A program made the position numbers and the translations under genes. From NCBI GenBank assembly GCA_030649345.1, contig JAUSKK010000033.1, positions 1 to 31,760 of the forward strand: a DNA stretch of 31,760 bases. The letters run 5' to 3'. The DNA is from Candidatus Iainarchaeum sp. GTDB taxonomy: Archaea; Iainarchaeota; Iainarchaeia; Iainarchaeales; 0-14-0-20-34-12. Shown piece by piece: positions 21,812 to 31,197 of the stretch (position 1 is the stretch's first letter; every line of letters begins with the position of its first letter). Below the pieces are notes generated by a model that did not search any database, was not told where the DNA came from, and was given only the letters and a program-made list of their open reading frames with translations.

Positions 21812-23707
21812 TTGGAAAATTTTGCAAGCCTAGGTTTTAAAGCAGGGTTGGAAGTACACCAACAATTGGACACAGGAAAACTTTTTTGCAGATGTCCGTT
21901 CAGTCAAATGAATGAAAATCAGCCGGATTATTTATTTGAGCGAAAATTGCGCGCTGTAGCCAGCGAATTGGGTGAATTTGATCCTGCGGCTTTGCAGGCA
22001 TTTAAAAAAAATCTTATTTTTGAATACCATGCATTCAATGCCTGCAATTGCTTAATTGATGTAGACGAAGAACCCATCCAAGAACCGGATGCACAAGCAT
22101 TGGAAACTACTTTGTTGGTTTCCGTTATGTTAAATTCCAAAATTTTTGATGAACTTATTGTAATGCGAAAAACAGTGATTGACGGAAGCAATACCTCAGG
22201 ATTTCAACGAACCATTTTGGTGGCACAAAATGGAAAATTAAAACTATCCAAAAAAGAAATTGGAATTCAAACTTTGGCTTTGGAAGAAGATTCAGCCCGC
22301 CCAATTGAAAAAAAAGACAATCGAATTATTTACAATTTAGATCGATTGGGAGTTCCATTAATTGAGTTGGCTACAGCCCCAGAACTTACAACACCCGAAG
22401 AAGTTAAAGAATGCGCATTAAAAATTGGAGAAGTATTTCGCAGAACTTGCCAAGTTAGACGAGGTTTAGGCACCATCCGGCAAGACATTAATATTAGCAT
22501 TAAAAACGGGGCACGAACTGAACTCAAAGGAGTCCAGCAAATTGAATTGGCCGATTTAATTGTAATGCGGGAAATTCAAAGACAACAAGCATTGATTGCC
22601 ATCCAAGAAGAATTAAAAAAACGCAAAATACAAAAGCAAGATTTAAGTACACAATCCAAAGACGTAACTGAAGTATTCAAAAATACAGAATGCAAATTTT
22701 TAAAACAAGGAATTCAGGAAAATAAAAAAATTCAAGGAATTTCTTTAAATGGATTTAAAGGAATTTTAGGAACAGAAATTCAGCCCGGAAAACGGTTTGG
22801 AAAAGAAGTTTCCGAATATGTTAAAACCAATACACGCGCAGGAATTATCCACAGCGATGAATTGCCAGCCTATGGAATTACTGAAAAAGAAATCCAAGAA
22901 GTAAAAAAAACATTGAACACAGATTCCACCAGTGCGTTTATTTTAGTCTGCGATGAAAACACAAATGCACTGCACGCAATAGAAACTGCGGTTCAACGAT
23001 GCCAGCAAGCCTTGCAGGGCGTACTGGATGAAACACGCGAAGTAGAAGAAAATGGAAACTCAGTGTATCTAAGACCTTTGCCTGGAAAAGCCAGAATGTA
23101 CCCAGAGACCGATGCTGCAACCATAACCATTACGGAAGAATGCCTGCAAAATTTAAAGAAAAAAATTCCCAAAACAATTGAAGAACGGATTCAATTATAT
23201 CAAAAAAATGGATTGAGTGCAAAACTAGCCGACGCAATGAAGCTCAACAAGCAAGCTCTATTTTTTGAAGAATTGTTAGAACACAAAATAGATGCAACCA
23301 TTGCAGCAGTTACTTTATTGGAAACACTCAAACAACTGGAACGAGAACATGTGCCCATTCAAGCATTAACTAAAACTCAAATAAAAGAACTCTTACTGGC
23401 CTACAAAAACAATCAAATTTTGAAAGAAAATATTCCTACCTTGCTTCGAATTTGGGCCAGCCAACCGTCATTCAGTTTAGCTGAAATCATTCAAAAAGCT
23501 GATTTGGGAACAACGAACATTTCTGATGCTTTGGAAATTATTCAAAAAATTGTTAAAACCAATCAAGCCATTATTTTGGAAAAAAAAGAACACGCCCTTC
23601 CAGCCTTAATGGGTGATGCCATGCGGCAATTGAAAGGAAAGCTGGACGGGCAAAAAATTGCTGAATTATTAAAAATAGAAATTCAAAAAATGTATACGAA
23701 CAAATAA
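21812..23707 (+). CDS. gatE: Glu-tRNA(Gln) amidotransferase subunit E (archaea-specific)
   Basis: GFKAGLEVHQQLDTGKLFCRCP is the GatE N-terminal signature. The length of 631 aa is typical. The start is TTG, with an AAGGTGG SD sequence 4 nt upstream. Confidence 0.93.
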   Translation: MENFASLGFKAGLEVHQQLDTGKLFCRCPFSQMNENQPDYLFERKLRAVASELGEFDPAALQAFKKNLIFEYHAFNACNCLIDVDEEPIQEPDAQALETTLLVSVMLNSKIFDELIVMRKTVIDGSNTSGFQRTILVAQNGKLKLSKKEIGIQTLALEEDSARPIEKKDNRIIYNLDRLGVPLIELATAPELTTPEEVKECALKIGEVFRRTCQVRRGLGTIRQDINISIKNGARTELKGVQQIELADLIVMREIQRQQALIAIQEELKKRKIQKQDLSTQSKDVTEVFKNTECKFLKQGIQENKKIQGISLNGFKGILGTEIQPGKRFGKEVSEYVKTNTRAGIIHSDELPAYGITEKEIQEVKKTLNTDSTSAFILVCDENTNALHAIETAVQRCQQALQGVLDETREVEENGNSVYLRPLPGKARMYPETDAATITITEECLQNLKKKIPKTIEERIQLYQKNGLSAKLADAMKLNKQALFFEELLEHKIDATIAAVTLLETLKQLEREHVPIQALTKTQIKELLLAYKNNQILKENIPTLLRIWASQPSFSLAEIIQKADLGTTNISDALEIIQKIVKTNQAIILEKKEHALPALMGDAMRQLKGKLDGQKIAELLKIEIQKMYTNK

Positions 23708-23731
23708 AAGCATGCAAAACATTATTTTTGA

Positions 23732-25024
23732 ATGCAGCACAGCATTACTGTTTTCTTAGGGCAAGTTCGAACGGATTTAAAAAATACGCCGAAAACCACA
23801 GCCCAACTTTTACTAGGCTTGTTTTTGTATTATTTGGCTTGGGGATTAATTGATCCATTTTTGTCTATTTACATTGAACACATTGTTTCATCGTATTCAT
23901 TTGTCGGCTTAATTTTTGGAACTCTTTTTTTGATTGGAATTTTAATCAACATTCCGCTGGGAAGCTTGGCCGACAAAATTAACAAAATTCAAGCCATTGC
24001 TGGAGTCCTGCTTTTTTATGTGCCCATTTCGCTTCTTTATTTTTTTTCCGGAATGTTTAACGGCATGCTGGCCATCGCCTTATTGATTTTTGCCAGAATA
24101 CTGCATGGATTTGGTTTAAGTTACAAAATATTCGTAGAATCATTTCTTCGAAAAAACTCAGTTCCCAAACACACAGCTGGCTCATTCGGATTGTATTTCA
24201 CCACGCAATTCACTGCTCGATTGATTGGAATCTTAATTGCATTAATTTTGATTACCAGCTTGGGATTAACCATTGAAAACTTGCATTGGTTTTTTTTAGG
24301 AATTATTCCTTGCTCAATTTTAGCTTTCATTATTATTCGAAAAATTCCAGACGATGGAAAAAAACTCAATGAAGGAATGAAAGAAATGATTGAAAAAGAA
24401 AAAATAGTGGCTCAAGAAATTAAAGATTTCACTGAAATGGGTTTCCCGGGAAGTGTTATGATTTTGTCCGCATTTTTCTACATTATTTTGCATTTATTGA
24501 TTTGGGTTTATTTGCCCTTGTATGCTTTGAAAGTAAATGTAGGCTTGCCTCAAATTGCATTGATGTATGTATTCATTAGTATACCGTATGCTGGGTCTTT
24601 TTTATTTGCTGAATTAGCGGATTTTTTAGGCAAAAAAAAGACAGCCATGATCGCATTATTTTTTGCAGCCATTATTTTAGCACGTCTTTCTATTTTAACC
24701 ACCGACGGATTTGAATTTTTATTCTTGGGATTTTTACTGGCTGTAGTCGTATCTTTTTTAGGCCCTTCCTTGAATGGAATTATCACCGACATCACACCCA
24801 AATCCAAAGGCGGAGAAATTACAGGAATTATTAATTCCGTTGTCAAAACATCGGAATTGGTAGGTGTTATTGGCTTGGGAATTTTATTGGATTTAATTGG
24901 ATTTAAAGAAAGTTTTCGGATTATTGCTGCGCTTTTAATATTAATGGCCATTCTTTTTTTGCTGGCACGAAAAAGTTTTGAAATAAGAACTGCCAATACC
25001 AGCAAAATAGACACTATTCTTTAA
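23732..25024 (+). CDS. MFS-type transporter
   Basis: There are about 12 hydrophobic helices in two halves separated by a charged loop (KIPDDGKKLNEGMKEMIEKEK). A GSLADK-type loop motif follows TM2. Confidence 0.78.
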   Translation: MQHSITVFLGQVRTDLKNTPKTTAQLLLGLFLYYLAWGLIDPFLSIYIEHIVSSYSFVGLIFGTLFLIGILINIPLGSLADKINKIQAIAGVLLFYVPISLLYFFSGMFNGMLAIALLIFARILHGFGLSYKIFVESFLRKNSVPKHTAGSFGLYFTTQFTARLIGILIALILITSLGLTIENLHWFFLGIIPCSILAFIIIRKIPDDGKKLNEGMKEMIEKEKIVAQEIKDFTEMGFPGSVMILSAFFYIILHLLIWVYLPLYALKVNVGLPQIALMYVFISIPYAGSFLFAELADFLGKKKTAMIALFFAAIILARLSILTTDGFEFLFLGFLLAVVVSFLGPSLNGIITDITPKSKGGEITGIINSVVKTSELVGVIGLGILLDLIGFKESFRIIAALLILMAILFLLARKSFEIRTANTSKIDTIL

Positions 25025-25054
25025 AGAAAGCATTTTTCATTTGAAAACCAAACG

Positions 25055-25113
25055 AAAGGGCGATGCAAATAATTAATAGAATAAACAATTGCTCGACATA
25101 GGCATCACCCTTT
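25055..25113. promoter_or_regulatory. 12-bp inverted repeat (11/12) AAAGGGCGATGC / GCATCACCCTTT with a 35-nt AT-rich spacer
   Basis: The arms are 25055-25066 and 25102-25113. It lies between the MFS stop and the PGI/PMI start. The spacer contains TATA-like AATAATTAATAGAATAAA. Confidence 0.4.
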
Positions 25114-25147
25114 AATAAAGTAATTCATTCCACAATAATAGAGAAAA

Positions 25148-26095
25148 ATGTTAAACCAAATTAAAAATTTTTATAAGCAGCTCGAAACAGCACTCCAATT
25201 GGTTGAAAAAATAAGATTTCATAAAGGTTTTACGGAAGTGCTTATTTTAGGAATGGGCGGAGGAAGTTTTGCGGATATCATAAAATGTTACAACACAACC
25301 GCAGTCAGAATTGAAACTCAGAAAGATTATACATTGCCTGCTTGGGTTTCTAAAAAAACGCTTATTTTCGCAGTATCGTATTCTGGAAACACTGAAGAAA
25401 CTCTTTCCAGTCTTAAACAAGCTTTGCAAAAAAAATGCAAACCTATTTTAGTTGGATCCGGAGGACAATTAGGCTTATTGGCAAAGAAATACAAATTAGA
25501 CTTTATTCAAATACCGCAAGGAATTCAGCCCAGGCAAGCCATTGGATATCAAGCCATGGCAGTAATTTGTGCATTGCAAAAATATAAATTACTTCCTAAA
25601 AAAAATGACTTACAGGAAACAATTGCATTTTTGAAAAAAGACCAAATTCACAAAGGAAAAAAGATTGCACAACAACTCAAAGGAAAAATTCCAATTATTT
25701 ATTCTTCGAACGACTTTCAAGGCTTAGCTCAAAATTGGAAAATTCAAATCAATGAAAATGCCAAAACACCAGCATTCTGGAATGTTTTTCCTGAACTCAA
25801 TCACAACGAAATGGTTGGTTTTACTAAAATTAATGGAAACTATATTTTTATATTTATTGAAGATAAAACAGATCATCCTAGAATCAAAAAAAGAATGAAA
25901 ATCACAAAACAATTATTTACAAAAAAAGGCTTGAAAGTTATTGAAGTAAAAATAACAGGCAAAAACAGAATGGCTAAGATTTTTTCCGCCATTCAATTGG
26001 GAATGTATGTCAGCTATTTTTTGGCTTTGGAAAACAAAATGGATCCAGAGCCAGTGCAAATGGTGGAAGAATTTAAAAAAAAATTAAAGGAATAA
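25148..26095 (+). CDS. bifunctional phosphoglucose/phosphomannose isomerase (SIS domain, archaeal PGI/PMI type)
   Basis: The motifs are ILGMGGGS, VSYSGNTEET and the C-terminal FPELNHNEMVGF characteristic of the PGI/PMI family. Confidence 0.8.
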   Translation: MLNQIKNFYKQLETALQLVEKIRFHKGFTEVLILGMGGGSFADIIKCYNTTAVRIETQKDYTLPAWVSKKTLIFAVSYSGNTEETLSSLKQALQKKCKPILVGSGGQLGLLAKKYKLDFIQIPQGIQPRQAIGYQAMAVICALQKYKLLPKKNDLQETIAFLKKDQIHKGKKIAQQLKGKIPIIYSSNDFQGLAQNWKIQINENAKTPAFWNVFPELNHNEMVGFTKINGNYIFIFIEDKTDHPRIKKRMKITKQLFTKKGLKVIEVKITGKNRMAKIFSAIQLGMYVSYFLALENKMDPEPVQMVEEFKKKLKE

Positions 26096-26122
26096 ATCTA
26101 ATTTTAAAAAATAGGAAACGAA

Positions 26123-26833
26123 TTAAACAACCATTGGCACGCCCAACCAAATTCCAATAGCATAACCAACCATGGCTGCTGCAAATCCAATGACTGCCAT
26201 TTCTAAACCAGATTTAATCCAATTGCCCACAGTTAATTTGGCTTTAACTGCACCAGCTAAAAACAATACAACTACAGCTAAAATCAAAGCAATAATGATT
26301 GCTTCTTTGACTGGAAAGAATAAGAAAGGCAATAATGGAATAAACGAACCAATTAAAGTTGCTCCAAAAATAACCAAAGCTTCAATTTTAGGATCTCTAA
26401 ATTCTTCGGAGCCCAGATGCAATTCTTCGTTCATCATAATATTCAGCCAAGCTTTTTTATTGGAAGTTACTAAACGCACAATATCATCTAGATCTTTTCC
26501 AGTGTAACCAAATTTTTGGTAAATTTCTCGAACTTCTTCTCGTTCTTGTTCTGGAATTTCTTCCATTTCTTTTAATTCCCGCAAGCGTTCTTTTTCGTAA
26601 TAATCTCGTCTGGCTTTTCTGGAAGTATAGCCTACAGCACCCATCGAAATAGATTCAGCAAATACGGCAGCCAAGCCAGCAATGATTACAATTCTTGAAT
26701 CATTGGTTGCCACAGCTACACCTAACAAAACACCCAAGACATTGACCAAACCGTCTTGTCCACCTAAAATAAATTCTTCCAACCAAGAACCTGTAGCATG
26801 CGGTTCATTGTGTTCTACAATTCCATCCGGCAT
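26123..26833 (-). CDS. VIT1/CCC1 family iron/manganese transporter
   Basis: LGGQDGLVNVLGVLLGVAVAT is the VIT N-terminal motif. An acidic cytoplasmic helix bundle (EMEEIPEQEREEVREIY) and C-terminal TM helices follow. The start lies 6 nt after the stop of the upstream ORF. Confidence 0.85.
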   Translation of the reverse strand: MPDGIVEHNEPHATGSWLEEFILGGQDGLVNVLGVLLGVAVATNDSRIVIIAGLAAVFAESISMGAVGYTSRKARRDYYEKERLRELKEMEEIPEQEREEVREIYQKFGYTGKDLDDIVRLVTSNKKAWLNIMMNEELHLGSEEFRDPKIEALVIFGATLIGSFIPLLPFLFFPVKEAIIIALILAVVVLFLAGAVKAKLTVGNWIKSGLEMAVIGFAAAMVGYAIGIWLGVPMVV

Positions 26834-26839
26834 AATGAA

Positions 26840-27910
26840 CTATTGGGAATGGAAACCTTTTTTATACAATGCAACTACTTCCGGAAGTCTACGGTACAAT
26901 GTTTGAAACTCAATAGATTCAATCAAAGAAGCAACTTCGTCGGAAGGGAGAATTTTCAAAGCATCGCGGACAGCTTGAATATTCAAAGGAATAATTCTGG
27001 TTTTCAAGTCCTTAAACCAAGCACTAAATCTTTTTTTATCTATTTTAGACTCTGTCAGCAATTCTTTTCCAGTTTTAACAGTTTCTCCGCGTTTAATCAA
27101 TGCACCTTCTTTAGCACGACGCACATTACTCGCTACAGCTTCATGTAAACTTTTCCGAATAGGTTTAGAATATTCGCGCATATGATAATCTAAATTCACT
27201 GGAGGATTACCTTCTGCAACAAATGCAGCCAATTCACTGCGCAAACGATTTGCAAAATTTTGCCAAGTTGTTGGAAATACTTGAATATCTGCTTGTCGTT
27301 TCAAGTCTTGAATATTATGTCTTGCTTCATGATCTAAAATAGCTTTGCCATAAGATCGTTCAATAATTTCCATACTCAATGGAATTCGCTGGTTTGGAAA
27401 AAACATTCCAACGGTTTCACGATCTCCGAAAAATTGTTTTCTTAATCTGGAAACATTATCGGATGATTCTAAACTTAGATGAACCAAACCGCGCAAAAAT
27501 TGAACATGTACTCTGGAATTGACAGGAACCTTAGATTCATTTAATATTTCAAAAATTTGTTCATGAGAAAGATTGTGAACACCATGTTGAAATTCTTTAA
27601 CTCTTTGTTCTGCATTGATTAAATGAAATGCAAATTTTCGCAGTTGTTCTTGCACGCGAGGAGTTGTTGGTTGTTTTCTTAAAACAGTTTCCAAAATATC
27701 TCGAATAGCACGATCTTTAAAATGTTGTACTTGAAATAAAAATTCGGCTTCGATTCTGCTTAAGTTTCTTAAATGTTTAAAGAACTTTTCGCGGACTTGA
27801 AGTCTACGTGCCCTGGTTTTCTTAGCCATTCTTATTTTTTCTTCCGGCAAACCTTGGGTTCTTAATTGTTGTGCAAAAATATGCGGTGGCCTGAATTGTT
27901 TTCGTTTCAT
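26840..27910 (-). CDS. hypothetical Arg-rich protein with an HExxH motif (orphan 3), co-transcribed with the VIT1 gene
   Basis: The ORF is a clean 356 aa. The basic N-terminus is MKRKQFRPPHIF...AKKTRARRLQVRE. AILDHEARHNIQD contains HEARH. It shares the heptapeptide DRAIRDI with orphan 1. A TATA-like ACATATATATTTG is centred about 25 nt upstream of the ATG. Confidence 0.6.
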   Translation of the reverse strand: MKRKQFRPPHIFAQQLRTQGLPEEKIRMAKKTRARRLQVREKFFKHLRNLSRIEAEFLFQVQHFKDRAIRDILETVLRKQPTTPRVQEQLRKFAFHLINAEQRVKEFQHGVHNLSHEQIFEILNESKVPVNSRVHVQFLRGLVHLSLESSDNVSRLRKQFFGDRETVGMFFPNQRIPLSMEIIERSYGKAILDHEARHNIQDLKRQADIQVFPTTWQNFANRLRSELAAFVAEGNPPVNLDYHMREYSKPIRKSLHEAVASNVRRAKEGALIKRGETVKTGKELLTESKIDKKRFSAWFKDLKTRIIPLNIQAVRDALKILPSDEVASLIESIEFQTLYRRLPEVVALYKKGFHSQ

Positions 27911-27977
27911 TGAATTTCACAACCTACAACATATATATTTGAACAACTTTTAATATATACATGAATTTAGATTTTAC

Positions 27978-28001
27978 TGAAAAATGCAGCTGCATTTTTC
28001 A
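27978..28001. promoter_or_regulatory. 24-bp perfect palindrome TGAAAAATGCAGCTGCATTTTTCA (candidate shared operator)
   Basis: I verified the dyad base by base. Its centre (27989/27990) is 79.5 nt from the orphan-3 ATG (27910) and 78.5 nt from the PHP ATG (28068). Confidence 0.55.
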
Positions 28002-28005
28002 TATA

Positions 28006-28022
28006 CGCAATTATAAATTGCG
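28006..28022. promoter_or_regulatory. inverted repeat CGCAATT-ATA-AATTGCG enclosing a TATA-like core
   Basis: It has perfect 7-bp arms. The core TTATAAATT is a plausible TATA box for the PHP gene, about 50 nt upstream of its ATG. Confidence 0.4.
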
Positions 28023-28044
28023 GTATGTTACAAAATTTAAAAAT

Positions 28045-28070
28045 TTAAAATCGCAGAGGCGATTTTAATG
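28045..28070 (+). promoter_or_regulatory. SD-in-loop hairpin module, copy C (TTAAAATCGC-AGAG-GCGATTTTA-ATG)
   Basis: Perfect 10-bp arms lie at 28045-28054 and 28059-28068, and their sequence is identical to copy B. GAGG lies at 28056-28059. The last arm base is the A of the PHP ATG. Confidence 0.6.
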
Positions 28071-28934
28071 AAACTTAAAGCAGAACTGCATTGCCATTCG
28101 CATTATTCGGTACGCGAAGTTTTGCCAGTAGAAGGCTTGGATAGTCCTGCCCATATGGTGAAATATGCTGGAAAGCTCGGAATTCAAATAATGGCTTTAA
28201 CCGATCACGATGTCATCAAAGGATGGAAAGAAGCCTTGAAAGCCGGAGAAAAATACGATGTTACAGTCATTCCAGGCGAAGAGATTAGTGTCAATGGAGA
28301 TGTACACATCTTAGGCTTGGGTTTAACTGAAAGAATAAAACCAAACCTAGGCGTACTTGAAACCATTGATGAAATAAAACGCCAAGGAGCTATTAGTATT
28401 GCTTCACATCCATTCGATGTCTTAGATAAAGGCATTAAAGAACAAGCCAAATATTGCACTGCTGTTGAAGCATTTAATTCCATAAATTTAGATCGATTGG
28501 CCAATCGTAAAGCCAAACAATTTGCCATTAAAAACAAAAAGCCTATGACTGCCGGAGGAGATGTTCATTGCCTGCCTATGTTTGGCCGGGGAATTACAAT
28601 CATTGACTGCGAACCAGAAATAGATAGTGTGCTTAAAGCAATTAAAAAAGGAAAAACAGATATTTCTAAAGCAAAATATCAAAAAATTAAAGTCATGCAA
28701 GACTGGACTTTGAAAAGACTGCAGTTATCGCAGCCGAATGTAATTCAGTATATGGAAAAAAATTATTCTCTGCCCAAACGAATAGTTTCCAAAAAATTAT
28801 TGGCTTTAACCAAATACAGTCCAGGAAAAATTGACTACATATTTCGAGGCTTGTCTTACCTTGCAGTCGGCGGAAGTGTATTGTATAGTACAGCTAAACA
28901 AATTGGAAGAGGATTAAAAAGAAAGAAAAATTAA
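28068..28934 (+). CDS. PHP-domain metal-dependent phosphoesterase
   Basis: ELHCHSHYS, ALTDHD, GEEIS...HILG and ASHPFD are the PHP His/Asp metal-ligand motifs. The C-terminus has a hydrophobic segment (LSYLAVGGSVLYSTA) and a basic tail. Confidence 0.85.
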   Translation: MKLKAELHCHSHYSVREVLPVEGLDSPAHMVKYAGKLGIQIMALTDHDVIKGWKEALKAGEKYDVTVIPGEEISVNGDVHILGLGLTERIKPNLGVLETIDEIKRQGAISIASHPFDVLDKGIKEQAKYCTAVEAFNSINLDRLANRKAKQFAIKNKKPMTAGGDVHCLPMFGRGITIIDCEPEIDSVLKAIKKGKTDISKAKYQKIKVMQDWTLKRLQLSQPNVIQYMEKNYSLPKRIVSKKLLALTKYSPGKIDYIFRGLSYLAVGGSVLYSTAKQIGRGLKRKKN

Positions 28935-29128
28935 ACCATTCGTTTGGCAAACTTTCTTGTGCTTCGCAGGCATTTTTTATGCCAATACGAGCCACCGAAC
29001 TTTTTGTCTGCACCCGGTTGATTGCAGAAAGTACACACATTGCCTAAATTGGGTTCGCTTTTTTCAAGCAGTTTTTCTTCTTTGGTTTCACCGGTTACAA
29101 ACTTTCTCAAGGAATCTGTTAAACCCAT
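28931..29128 (-). CDS. small CxxC...HxxC zinc-finger protein (hypothetical)
   Basis: The 65-aa ORF contains CTFCNQPGADKKFGGSYWHKKC. It converges on the PHP gene and overlaps its end by 4 nt. I recognise no family. Confidence 0.45.
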   Translation of the reverse strand: MGLTDSLRKFVTGETKEEKLLEKSEPNLGNVCTFCNQPGADKKFGGSYWHKKCLRSTRKFAKRMV

Positions 29129-29181
29129 GTATAAACAAGAGTTCTTGAAGAAATAAAAATCTATCCTTCTTTAGTAAGTTA

Positions 29182-30369
29182 ATGGCTGAAGATTATTCGC
29201 AGGAAAGTTTAAAAAAACACAAAGAACTCAAAGGCAAACTTGAAGTCAATGTAAAAGCCCATTTAAAGAATGCCCATGATTTAAGCATTTATTATACGCC
29301 AGGAGTAGCTGCGCCTTGTTTAGAGATTGCACAAAACAAAGAACTAGCCTATGATTACACCATCAAAGGAAGCACAGTAGCCATTATCAGCGATGGTTCT
29401 AGAGTTCTAGGCTTGGGCAATATTGGAGCTGAAGCAGGCTTGCCAGTCATGGAAGGCAAAGCCATGTTGTTAAAAGAATTGGCCAATGTAAATGCTTTTC
29501 CAATTATGGTAAAGTCTCAAAAAGCAGAAGACATTATTCAAGTAGTTGAAAATATTGCTCCATCATTTGGAGCTATTAATTTAGAAGATATTGAAACACC
29601 GAAAGCATTTCAAGTATGGGAACAACTTCAAAACATTGGAATTCCAGTATTTCATGACGACCAACAAGGAACAGCCATTACAGTGCGAGCTGCTTTAACC
29701 AATGCATTAAAAGTAGTTGGAAAAGAATGGCCAAATTTGAAAATTGTCATGACTGGCGCAGGCGCAGCAGGTTTAGCAGTTGCTAAATTTTTATCTTGTT
29801 TAGGACATGACCGCAATGTTTGTTTGGCGCCCAAAGAATTAATTATTTTTGATGCAAAAGGACCACTAAACTCTTTGCGCATGGACTTGAATCCTTGGCA
29901 GCAAGAATTATTGCAAAATATTCAGCCAAAGAATTTTACTGGGACATTAAAAGATGCTATGAAAAATGCCGATGTATTCATTGGATTAAGCGCTCCAGGA
30001 ATTGTTTCCAAAGAAATGATTCAAAGCATGAACAAAAATGCCATTGTGTTTGCTTTAGCCAATCCAGTTCCAGAAATTATGCCAGAAGAAGCCTTGAAAG
30101 CCGGAGCCAAAATTGTTGCCAGCGGAAGAAGCGATTCAATCAATCAAGTAAATAATTCTTTAGCTTTTCCGGCAGTATTCAAAGGACTATTACAGGCCCG
30201 TGCAAAAAAATACACCAAAGAAATTGAATTAGTGGCAGCACAAGCTTTAGCAGAATATGTAAAAAAACCAGACGAAAACCATATCTTGCCAGACCGATTG
30301 GATAAAAAAGCAGTAGACTATGTTGCTGAAAAAATAGCTGAAGCCATTCAAAAAGAACAACTAGAATAA
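29182..30369 (+). CDS. NAD(P)-dependent malic enzyme (short prokaryotic form)
   Basis: The block YTPGVAAPCLEIA...AIISDGSRVLGLGNIGAEAGLPVMEGKAMLLKELA..NAFPI is typical. FHDDQQGTA and GAGAAG (dinucleotide-binding motif) are also present. Confidence 0.92.
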   Translation: MAEDYSQESLKKHKELKGKLEVNVKAHLKNAHDLSIYYTPGVAAPCLEIAQNKELAYDYTIKGSTVAIISDGSRVLGLGNIGAEAGLPVMEGKAMLLKELANVNAFPIMVKSQKAEDIIQVVENIAPSFGAINLEDIETPKAFQVWEQLQNIGIPVFHDDQQGTAITVRAALTNALKVVGKEWPNLKIVMTGAGAAGLAVAKFLSCLGHDRNVCLAPKELIIFDAKGPLNSLRMDLNPWQQELLQNIQPKNFTGTLKDAMKNADVFIGLSAPGIVSKEMIQSMNKNAIVFALANPVPEIMPEEALKAGAKIVASGRSDSINQVNNSLAFPAVFKGLLQARAKKYTKEIELVAAQALAEYVKKPDENHILPDRLDKKAVDYVAEKIAEAIQKEQLE

Positions 30370-30765
30370 TTATTTCTTTTCAAAATTTAAACAAACTGAA
30401 TTAATGCAGTATCTTTTCTTGGTCTGCGTTGGACCATCATCAAATAAGTGTCCTAAATGAGAACCACAATTCTTACACAAAACTTCTGTTCGCTTCACCC
30501 CAAAGGAACTATCTGTTTTCAGTTCAATGTTTTTCAAATTATTGGGCTCATCAAAACTAGGCCAGCCTGTTCCGGAATCAAATTTTGCTTGAGAAGAAAA
30601 TAATTCAGTCCCGCAAGCAGCACAGGAATACATTCCTTGTTCTTTATTTTTTAACCATTTTCCAGTGAAAGGCAATTCAGTACTTTTTTCTCGCAAAACT
30701 TTGAATTGTTCTGGAGTTAGTTTTTTCTTGAAATTAGTTTCAGAATCGGGCATAAAAAAAGTCAA
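30370..30765 (-). CDS. msrB: peptide-methionine (R)-S-oxide reductase
   Basis: It has the two CxxC zinc pairs (CAACG, CKNCG), GWPSF, and the RTEV.C..C..HLGHLFDDGP catalytic region. Confidence 0.93.
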   Translation of the reverse strand: MTFFMPDSETNFKKKLTPEQFKVLREKSTELPFTGKWLKNKEQGMYSCAACGTELFSSQAKFDSGTGWPSFDEPNNLKNIELKTDSSFGVKRTEVLCKNCGSHLGHLFDDGPTQTKKRYCINSVCLNFEKK

Positions 30766-30783
30766 CAGACCATAATTAAAAAT

Positions 30784-31197
30784 TCATTTTTCCAAAAATA
30801 CTGCATTTGAGTTATTTTTAAAATCAGAATCTGAAGTAACAACTTTAGCTTCGTTTAAAACTGCGGTTGCAAGAATAATGGCATCACCTAAACCCAATTT
30901 TTTTTCATACCTGATTTCAGCTGCTTTCAAAGCAATTTCATCCGAAACTGGAATAGAAAAGGAAACTTTTTTCATAAATTCAATAACCAGAGCAGCTTCC
31001 TTTTCAGATTTATGAGCCAACATAAAGCGGTAAACTTCTGCAAGATTAATTGAGCTGATGATAAGCTCATGTTCGCCTTCAATGAATTCTTTGGCACTTA
31101 AATTCTTGCCACTAAAGTAATCAATCCAAATGCAGGAATCAATCAAAGCGATCAAGTTCTTCCCTCTTAAATTTAGGCAAACCTTTAATTGCACCAA
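30784..31197 (-). CDS. vapC: PIN-domain ribonuclease toxin VapC
   Basis: LIDSCIWIDYF carries the first acidic residue. GDAIILATA and VVTSDSDF are also present. The real start is probably the TTG at 31153-31155 (M-IALIDS...), preceded by GAGGGA at 6 nt and overlapping the vapB 3' end by 17 nt. Confidence 0.8.
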   Translation of the reverse strand: MVQLKVCLNLRGKNLIALIDSCIWIDYFSGKNLSAKEFIEGEHELIISSINLAEVYRFMLAHKSEKEAALVIEFMKKVSFSIPVSDEIALKAAEIRYEKKLGLGDAIILATAVLNEAKVVTSDSDFKNNSNAVFLEK

